DNA of 48,304 nucleotides from a virus (Duplodnaviria; Heunggongvirae; Uroviricota; Caudoviricetes): IMG/VR virus record IMGVR_UViG_2563366867_000009; one strand, 5' to 3'. Shown piece by piece: positions 41,455 to 48,304 of this stretch (position 1 is its first letter; each line of letters starts with the position of its first letter). The notes under the pieces were generated by a model. It saw only the letters and a program-made list of their open reading frames with translations, ran no database searches and was not told where the DNA came from. The position numbers and the translations under genes were made by a program.

Positions 41455-41670
41455 TTACTCTCCCCGCGCAGCTTTGCGCCGGTCTTCTTTAATCTTGAAA
41501 TACAGATTCGTCAGGTATGTCAGGAACCCCAGACACAGGCTCCCCAAAACCCCGATAGCAGCCCACTGTGACGGAGTAACCTGATCCAACCACTGTAGAA
41601 ACCAGTAACCCGCACTGCCCGCAGAAGTACCATAGGCTATGCCCGTTGATATTTTTTCCATCTGATACAT
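41455..41670 (-). CDS. S: pinholin (phage 21 S-type)
   Basis: 71 aa, [31 protein letters not shown]... with dual-start M1/M4 architecture. Confidence 0.9.
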   Translation of the reverse strand: MYQMEKISTGIAYGTSAGSAGYWFLQWLDQVTPSQWAAIGVLGSLCLGFLTYLTNLYFKIKEDRRKAARGE

Positions 41671-41746
41671 ATCCCCGCCCCGACAGACCTGTGCTACCGG
41701 AAATAAAAAAGGCCATCAGTGTTTTACTGATGGCCCTGCCCCGCCG

Positions 41747-42037
41747 TTACAGCATTGTGCCCGGTTCGGGTTGTGTGTCTGTCATATCCGTCACCGGTGA
41801 CTCCGGCTGAATATCACCATTTTCCGTGGTGACATCTTCCGCCTGTGGTTCCGGAAGCAGTTCCGGAGATGGTTCCGGCTGTGCACCAAGCAATTCATCC
41901 AGAATTGAATCCACTTCTGCATCAAGACGCTCTTCCAGATTCTGGCGGAGTTTTTGTTTCAGGACGCTTCTGACTTCTTCAGAGCGAATGACTTCCTTCA
42001 CTGCCTCAGCAGTGACCAGTTGTTTTATATCTGTCAT
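41747..42037 (-). CDS. hypothetical acidic protein (about 96 aa)
   Basis: Start chosen at MTDIKQLV; ORF-track start probably too far upstream. Confidence 0.45.
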   Translation of the reverse strand: MTDIKQLVTAEAVKEVIRSEEVRSVLKQKLRQNLEERLDAEVDSILDELLGAQPEPSPELLPEPQAEDVTTENGDIQPESPVTDMTDTQPEPGTML

Positions 42038-42062
42038 GAGATTTTCTCGTTGAAAGGGGTTA

Positions 42063-42257
42063 TTAAGAAGGTTGTTCCGGAATGAGTGGGGCTTCTGTTT
42101 TTGCTCCGGCTGACTGAGTGGCGCTGATTTTCTCAGCGGCCCTTTTGTCAATCTGTCTGCGCCAGAAGTCGCGTACTGCCCTGTATCCACCCGAAAGCAG
42201 ATACAACACACAGACCACCGTACAGAAGTACAGCATTAACTGGTTGATGAATGTCAT
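42063..42257 (-). CDS. hypothetical small membrane protein (64 aa)
   Basis: ORF with N-terminal hydrophobic helix. Confidence 0.45.
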   Translation of the reverse strand: MTFINQLMLYFCTVVCVLYLLSGGYRAVRDFWRRQIDKRAAEKISATQSAGAKTEAPLIPEQPS

Positions 42258-42397
42258 GGTTTATTACCGTTACTGTTGACAATGAGAACTGTTTTCATTT
42301 AGAAATGATTGATGTCGAAAGCATCCTTTCGTTAGATTCTCCATTGGGATTACCTCCGCCAGTCTCCATTCCTGTTGCTGGCGGTTTTTTTCGTCTG

Positions 42398-44371
42398 TTA
42401 TGCTGCTACGGCATTCACACCAACAGTAAGACTTTCAATCAGCACAGGGTAAGTTGCCGCATTTCCGGTAATATCCGTAATTGCCAGCGCGTTGGCCTCA
42501 AAGGCTGCATTCGTCCATCTGGTCAGCGTAAACGGTTTTCCTGCTGCATTATCAAGCACCGGCGTGACGTTCAGCGAGCCACCACCCGGGAAGCGGAAAG
42601 TCAGCGTGTGCCAGTCGTGATCGAACGGACCATAACTACCAAGCCGCTGTGATGTGGTGTTTGCATGATACATCACATTGATGTTTGTTTTATCAGTCTG
42701 CAGATAGAAGGCCGCAATATAACCCTCCTCTGATTCCGCTCCCGGCCATCCACTACCGCGCCAGTAAATACCCGCAGAATATTGATTTGCAGAAGCATTG
42801 AGAGATACATCATCGGGGATTTTAAAGCGCAGCGTGATTTCACCGCCGTTATCGAACAGCTCCTTCCCCTTACCGGCATCAATTGCGTGCGATACTTTCC
42901 AGGTCTTTTTCTGTGCAAGACCATTTTCTGGTTTTTCAAGACGAAGGGCTTTTTTACCTGAACCACTGTCACTGACCAGCGTGTTTTTGACATCTGTCAG
43001 CGTCCAGCCCTGCGAAGCCAGATCGGCATTTTCCGCATTCGCATCATAAGCCAGCACTGACTGTATCTTTGTCGGGACAACGGATTCAGGCTGAGTATCG
43101 CCACTCTCCTGTGCTGGTTGCGATACGCCTCCGCCTGAAGAAACCGCGGCTTTTGTCACTTTCCCGGAAACAAAATCTGCCACTCTGCCCACATGCAGAA
43201 GAATGGCTGTTGCCAGACGGTCGGAAATAATTCCGCGACGCGCCCATGAACCAAAGTGGGTTTTACGATCGGATGTTGTCCAGCTCTTCGCATCCGTTCG
43301 TCCACCGGAACCATAATACCCGATAGCCGGAATATCCGGGTCTTCTGACGGTTCATTGGTCCCGACTTTCTGACCATTGTCATCCATCATAAACGGCACA
43401 AAGAAGATATTTTTACCGGCTTTGGTTTTGTATGCGCCATAGACGGCATCGTATTGCGCTGAATACGTCTCCTTCCAGTAGTACGTCGTGTCACCACAAA
43501 TCCAGGGCACCAGAGAAGGAGAAGCACCAGCGCACTGACCGGATACTCCCGCCAGGTCAGAACGGTATTTTTCCACCATGGCATCAAACATGGCGGGCTG
43601 ACTGGCGTACGCTCCCTGTTTTAAATCAAACTCGCCCTGCATCCAGACAACACAAAGCAGTATGTTTTTGGGGTTTGCCTTCAGCGCGGCCTGAGTGCGT
43701 GTCAGCAGGTCTTTATACAACGGCTTATCAACGCCCCATCGTTCAGATTTATCCGACGCTCCTGAACTTTCACTGAACGTTCCGTCAGCACCGGCTGTAA
43801 ACGCAGAGCCACCACGACAGCACGGCACTAACAAAATACCCGCATTTTCCGGCATAAAGGGCAACAGCTTTTTGGCAATATGCAATCCCTGTCCGACACA
43901 CCCATACTGCTCTGCGCTGGCTTTCGGATGAGAAAAACGGCTCAAATCCTGCACATCATGCAGGCAGTGGTCCGCCGGAATGATGTCGTTATATGCACAG
44001 GCCGCACCACCCGGTGTCACCGTACTGCGACGCGCCAGCTGTTTAATACGCGGGTCCGGACGGTCATATGTCTCCGGCAGCGGCAGGCCTTCACCATACG
44101 CCATGCCGTTTGACTGTCCGGCCAGCGCAATGACAAAGTAATATTCTGGTTCAACAACAACAGTCCGGGTACCATCTCCCCCCGGTGAAACTACCGGAGA
44201 GGTCATATCCCCTTCAGCGACTATAGCCTGGATAAATTCAGCACCATAACCCGCGCTTGAGATAATCGGACTACCATAGGGTTGCCAGCCTTCCTTCAGT
44301 TTTTGCGTCAGTTTTCCTGCGAGGTCTGACGGCGATGATGCCCTGACCACGTCATAGTGTTTAAATGCCAT
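42398..44371 (-). CDS. NanS-p-like sialate O-acetylesterase (SASA/SGNH-type), prophage-encoded
   Basis: 657 aa with GQSN esterase motif; position just upstream of the lysis cassette as in Stx-phage late regions. Confidence 0.75.
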   Translation of the reverse strand: MAFKHYDVVRASSPSDLAGKLTQKLKEGWQPYGSPIISSAGYGAEFIQAIVAEGDMTSPVVSPGGDGTRTVVVEPEYYFVIALAGQSNGMAYGEGLPLPETYDRPDPRIKQLARRSTVTPGGAACAYNDIIPADHCLHDVQDLSRFSHPKASAEQYGCVGQGLHIAKKLLPFMPENAGILLVPCCRGGSAFTAGADGTFSESSGASDKSERWGVDKPLYKDLLTRTQAALKANPKNILLCVVWMQGEFDLKQGAYASQPAMFDAMVEKYRSDLAGVSGQCAGASPSLVPWICGDTTYYWKETYSAQYDAVYGAYKTKAGKNIFFVPFMMDDNGQKVGTNEPSEDPDIPAIGYYGSGGRTDAKSWTTSDRKTHFGSWARRGIISDRLATAILLHVGRVADFVSGKVTKAAVSSGGGVSQPAQESGDTQPESVVPTKIQSVLAYDANAENADLASQGWTLTDVKNTLVSDSGSGKKALRLEKPENGLAQKKTWKVSHAIDAGKGKELFDNGGEITLRFKIPDDVSLNASANQYSAGIYWRGSGWPGAESEEGYIAAFYLQTDKTNINVMYHANTTSQRLGSYGPFDHDWHTLTFRFPGGGSLNVTPVLDNAAGKPFTLTRWTNAAFEANALAITDITGNAATYPVLIESLTVGVNAVAA

Positions 44372-44549
44372 GAATCCTCCCGGCCGGGATAGTGGGTTGA
44401 ATCAGATAAGGACTGACTGAAGTCTGAAAATACAAAAGACAACTGCCAGTAAAAACGAAAAGGCCGCGCAGTTGCGCAGTCTCATCACCATCGGGTATTA
44501 TTCACACGGTGAATAATCGAAACTCACTTTCTTTGTTTTATTCCTTGCC

Positions 44550-44578
44550 GCTCGCGCCTCCCGGCGCGGGCTTTTTTT
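44550..44578 (+). terminator. intrinsic terminator, plus-oriented
   Basis: 9-bp GC-rich stem followed by T7. Confidence 0.55.
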
Positions 44579-44583
44579 GCATG

Positions 44584-44611
44584 TAAAAAGGCCCCTGCGA
44601 TGAGGGGCCTG
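44584..44611 (-). terminator. intrinsic terminator, minus-oriented (candidate tR'-like)
   Basis: GGCCCCT/AGGGGCC stem followed by U5 on the minus strand; about 215 bp upstream of the esterase start. Confidence 0.6.
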
Positions 44612-44981
44612 AGAGTATTACCTGGTTTCAGTTAACTGCATAGTGCCGGGTGCCTCCCGGTGAGTTCAGCCCGGTGCCACCGAACCCGCGTCTTTCACAT
44701 TGCCTGTGACATTAAAAATGCCAGCCCGCACCAGCCGCCCCGCCGCTGAGGGGGATTCACCATGCGTTGCGATTTTTAACAAATTCTCCGTCAGTCAGAC
44801 AATCATCAACTTGCTGAATTGTGAGGTATTTAAAAATTTCCCCGATTAACTGATACCCTGCTAATCACCTGTTGTTTTCTTTTTCAGCAACAAAAAAGCC
44901 CGCTCATCGGCGGATTCGGCTGCGTGGCAATGTAACCATTCTTATCATGATATGAGGATTTTTACGATTGTAAAATGTTTT

Positions 44982-46100
44982 TTAACTGACACCAGAATCA
45001 TCATAACCGCGACTTGTTATAGCTTGCCTGTATGCGTTCATTTTGCGTTCTGCGTACTGGACAACATCTTTAATGACAAGCTTATGAACAACTGAAATAA
45101 GGTCATTTATATAACAAAAGTCAGGTGACTTATTTTTCACTGGCAACCAAATAACATCGTCCTTAATTTTTCTATTACTAACACTATCCCCCCATGAATA
45201 TTTATGTGAAATAGACCTATAAATACATGAAATAATGCCCAAATAAGCAAACTTTGTCCTTCCATCCTCATTGTTAACATAGAGTCGCAAATTATGACTG
45301 TCGTTTGAAAAAAAGTCTCGCTCCTGATAAGTTACAACGAATGTCTTACCACCAATAAAAATACAGTTCCCTTTTTCCAAGAGTGAGTCATCATAGGCGA
45401 TATAAGAACTAACAGAGTTATTATCACGGCTAGCACAAAGATAAGGAACATCCCCACTATTTTCTATGATGTCTCTAGACAATATGTTTCCTGTATTGCA
45501 CACTGAGAATAACTCAGTAACAGGAAAGCCTGAAAATTCAATATTTTTAAAATGTTCCAGGATAAGATAATCTTTTTCCGTTAGTTGGTAATCACTCAGC
45601 CCAGCAGCTATCAGGTATGCTTCCAGCTCTTCTATATGGGCCGCTTCCAGCTCTTCTATATGGGCCGCTTCCAGCTCTTCTATATAATTATCCATAAAAA
45701 ACCAGTCAATTTCATTATTTTTCACTGGTAATGAGATGAAATATTCTCCATCTCTGAGTTTGGAACTCGATAACTGTTGACCATAATTAAAACGCCCCTT
45801 TAAAGCTTTATTAATCATACTGGCAACATACAGTCCGCGCTTTGCATTAAAGTCGGACTTACTTGATTTTAATGTAAGAACATGCACCTTCATTTCTACG
45901 CTGGCACAATAAGGATGATAAAAAGCATCTCCAAAAAAATTAACGCTTATAAAATTTTCATAATGCCTTGCATCATCCATAAACTCGGTATCAAACTCTC
46001 CGATGATACCGTTTTGATCGCTCTTTGCTGAAACACGTTTGATTTTGCCTGGTTTTAATCTTCCTGAGGAGATAAGCGAGCCTGTGCTCACATAGAACAA
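44982..46100 (-). CDS. restriction-modification specificity (S) subunit with two target-recognition domains
   Basis: Two variable halves each followed by a conserved segment (ISLPVKNNEIDWFF / VIWLPVKNKSPDFCY); central EELEAAHI tandem repeats; AT-rich. Confidence 0.7.
   Translation of the reverse strand: MFYVSTGSLISSGRLKPGKIKRVSAKSDQNGIIGEFDTEFMDDARHYENFISVNFFGDAFYHPYCASVEMKVHVLTLKSSKSDFNAKRGLYVASMINKALKGRFNYGQQLSSSKLRDGEYFISLPVKNNEIDWFFMDNYIEELEAAHIEELEAAHIEELEAYLIAAGLSDYQLTEKDYLILEHFKNIEFSGFPVTELFSVCNTGNILSRDIIENSGDVPYLCASRDNNSVSSYIAYDDSLLEKGNCIFIGGKTFVVTYQERDFFSNDSHNLRLYVNNEDGRTKFAYLGIISCIYRSISHKYSWGDSVSNRKIKDDVIWLPVKNKSPDFCYINDLISVVHKLVIKDVVQYAERKMNAYRQAITSRGYDDSGVS
45619..45686. repeat. 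2.8 copies of a 24-bp tandem repeat in the S-subunit central region
   Basis: GCTTCCAGCTCTTCTATATGGGCC units, perfect. Confidence 0.85.
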
Positions 46101-46159
46101 ATCGCCAATCCTGAACTCTCCCCACTCAACGCTTCTTAATTTATCGCTGAGCGGGGAAT

Positions 46160-48121
46160 TTACTTTCCCGCAAAATTGTTTTCACCTTGTTTTTTCAGTA
46201 ATTGCGAGACCTCCCATGCAAGGTAATCACCTACCGTCTTTTTGAAATCCTCCAGCGTTGGCCTAGCATCTACTGGCCTGGTCTGATTCCAGTCCTCACC
46301 ACTATCAGGATCGATTGTTCCCTCAAAATATTCATCCTCCGTAAAGATATTAAGGCAACCTTTCCCGAAGTGAACCAGATCCACAACCTCCTGATAACGC
46401 TCTTTTGCACGATCAGCATCAACAAGATTGTTTCTTGCCTTTTTGCGATTAGAGCGAGCGTAGCCGTCATTGGAAAAGTCGATAAACTTAACAGCCTGTT
46501 TCGCGTTATGCGGAATTTTTACCTGAAAAACGTAAATGTACGTCTGAACGCTTGATTTACCAATAAACAGATCCGCAGGCATTTTGATGCTTGCCAGCAA
46601 GGTATTTTCCTTGAGTATTTTTTTGTTGTACTCCGTAGCCTTTCCTGTGCCAGCTGAACTCTGGATAATCACTGCAGCATAGCCTTTATCCATCATCGAC
46701 AGCGCCTTCTGCACGAAAATCATGCCGTTACCTTTAGCTGAATACGGAGGATTGAGAATAAATGCGTCCGCAGGGAATTTTTCTCCTGTTTTCCCAAATC
46801 CATACTTGCCGTCAAAATCGGCCAGCGAGTCTTTATTGAGGATATTCGAGCTACCATCCCCCATCAAAATCATATTCAGGATGGCCAGCATATAAATACT
46901 GGATAACACCTCAAGGCCAAGAAGCTGTTCAGCCTTGATTTGCGCTTCCTTAAGTTGTAGTTCGTTCGGTGAGTGAATATTTTCTCTGGCGTCAATGAGC
47001 ATTTCATTCATTGCAGCCACAAGCAATCCCGCAGAACCTGTAGCAAAATCCCACACATAGGAATCTTTGTTTACTCTGGCGAGTCGTGCCAGCAATGTGG
47101 CAACATAAGGTGGTGTCAGAACGACGTCATTGAGCTTGTCCTGCGTAAATCCAAGCCAGCGATACATCTCATTAAACAGTTTGCCCGTAAAATCGGTGGT
47201 CAGTCCAATTTTGTAATACTCCCCAAGATCATCAACAACTTTAACAAACACGCGCTTTAACTGGCTTTCACCGTTGACTGGTTTGTTAATGTTTTCAGTC
47301 CACAGCGTATTTTGCAACGAGCGCAAAATCATTTCTCTTTTTGTTTCAGGAACAGCTTTCAGCCTTAAAAAATTCCTTATTTTCCTGAAAATAATATCAC
47401 CATCACGCAAGTCCTCCTCCGTTGAAGAGGTCAGTTCTTTTTTATCCAGCGGTGCTAACTTTCCCGGAATCCCCAACGTTGCAATAACGGTAGCCACAAC
47501 AAGGTAAACACGATCGCTTTCACCAAGCCCCTTTTCATTCTGGTAAATATCGTTATTCAGACGGGAAAGTCGCGTGTCTATCTCTTCCTCTTTGCTGGCC
47601 TTGATTTTTTCCAGTTCTTCGGGAGGAAGATTAAGCAGCTTTATCTTGTTGAGAAATCCATCAACATTTTTGTCAGCAAGGAACGATAAGTCGGTGAATT
47701 CACCAACCTTCTGTCCGGCTCCTAAATTATTCTTTGATACGTACCACACGCCGATTTCATGATGCAGTTCGCCTGTATCATCATCGCGCCAGCCGGTCAT
47801 ACCAATAGCAATAATATCAGGGTAATTGGTGAACTGAAGAAGTGCGTTGGCATAATGGACTGCGCCATTCACCGCGTATCCATTAATATTTTTAAAATTC
47901 CATTCTTTTCTGGCATCTTTGTTCTCAATAATACCGTTGCTGCCAAGTCTGATAAGCCTGTCCTTGTAGCCTTTATACTCGATGAGAACGGGATACTGCT
48001 TGCCGTATTTGTCCTTAACAAGGAGTTTTACGTCGGGACGATTACCGCCTGCGCCGCCATTTTTCGAAAAATAAGCGTCCAGTGCGTTATCGATCTCTCC
48101 GTTAAGTGATGCATTCTGCAA
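46160..48121 (-). CDS. N6-adenine DNA methyltransferase (HsdM-like, gamma class) with N-terminal PD-ExK-like region; Type IIB (BcgI-like) or type I-related
   Basis: DFATGSAGLL (motif I), LAILNMILMG, NPPY (motif IV); N-terminal PD...EYK; ORF has no in-frame stop upstream to the window edge; first canonical start is TTG at 48121. Confidence 0.8.
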   Translation of the reverse strand: MQNASLNGEIDNALDAYFSKNGGAGGNRPDVKLLVKDKYGKQYPVLIEYKGYKDRLIRLGSNGIIENKDARKEWNFKNINGYAVNGAVHYANALLQFTNYPDIIAIGMTGWRDDDTGELHHEIGVWYVSKNNLGAGQKVGEFTDLSFLADKNVDGFLNKIKLLNLPPEELEKIKASKEEEIDTRLSRLNNDIYQNEKGLGESDRVYLVVATVIATLGIPGKLAPLDKKELTSSTEEDLRDGDIIFRKIRNFLRLKAVPETKREMILRSLQNTLWTENINKPVNGESQLKRVFVKVVDDLGEYYKIGLTTDFTGKLFNEMYRWLGFTQDKLNDVVLTPPYVATLLARLARVNKDSYVWDFATGSAGLLVAAMNEMLIDARENIHSPNELQLKEAQIKAEQLLGLEVLSSIYMLAILNMILMGDGSSNILNKDSLADFDGKYGFGKTGEKFPADAFILNPPYSAKGNGMIFVQKALSMMDKGYAAVIIQSSAGTGKATEYNKKILKENTLLASIKMPADLFIGKSSVQTYIYVFQVKIPHNAKQAVKFIDFSNDGYARSNRKKARNNLVDADRAKERYQEVVDLVHFGKGCLNIFTEDEYFEGTIDPDSGEDWNQTRPVDARPTLEDFKKTVGDYLAWEVSQLLKKQGENNFAGK

Positions 48122-48211
48122 CTTGTAATCAAGCCTGTAAGATTTAAGCCATGAGTTCGCCAGTTCGGTAATTTCCGGCTCAACAGATTTTACAGACTTT
48201 CTTGATTTACT

Positions 48212-48304
48212 GCTGGTCGCTGGTCGCTGGTCGCTGGTCGCTGGTCGCTGGTCGCTGGTCGCTGGTCGCTGGTCGCTGGTCGCTGGTCGCTGGTCGCTGG
48301 TCGC
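48212..48304. repeat. heptanucleotide simple-sequence repeat (GCTGGTC), at least 13 copies, continues past window end
   Basis: Perfect 7-bp tandem repeat; in frame it encodes (ATSDQRP)n contiguous with the methyltransferase ORF. Confidence 0.95.

Noticed and set aside
44372..44981. stx or tRNA genes in the slot upstream of the esterase
   Set aside because: No ORF of suitable size and no cloverleaf or T-arm signatures recognisable by eye; region is non-coding with terminators only. A covariance-model scan would be needed to exclude tRNAs fully.
48212..48304. Possible CRISPR array
   Set aside because: Units are 7 bp and perfectly tandem with no spacers; this is a simple-sequence repeat.

Overview
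The window is essentially one minus-strand transcription unit of a lambdoid, Stx-phage-like prophage from an Escherichia-type genome, carrying several accessory cargo blocks. All calls are from reading the sequence and ORF track by eye; no database search was run. Reading the minus strand from high to low coordinates: an AT-rich restriction-modification island (HsdM-like methyltransferase with N-terminal nuclease-like region plus a two-TRD specificity subunit) that begins at a 7-bp simple-sequence repeat running off the window edge; a 610-bp non-coding hub with convergent terminators; a NanS-p-like sialate O-acetylesterase; a phage-21-type lysis cassette (pinholin, SAR endolysin, Rz/Rz1); a Rha regulator; terminase small and large subunits, portal, scaffold, capsid; a collagen-repeat tail fiber and assembly protein; an intact Eib-like trimeric autotransporter module; tail and ejection-type proteins including a 2788-aa giant protein; Lom; an unannotated Hok-family type I toxin; a second Eib-like module whose adhesin gene is split by an 1180-bp IS4-family element with perfect 16-bp inverted repeats and a 9-bp target duplication; and a SPATE serine-protease autotransporter. 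No stx genes, tRNAs or CRISPR arrays were recognised. The most interesting candidates are the repeat-bearing R-M island, the hok-like locus, the IS-disrupted adhesin, and the duplicated adhesin-regulator-small-ORF modules.
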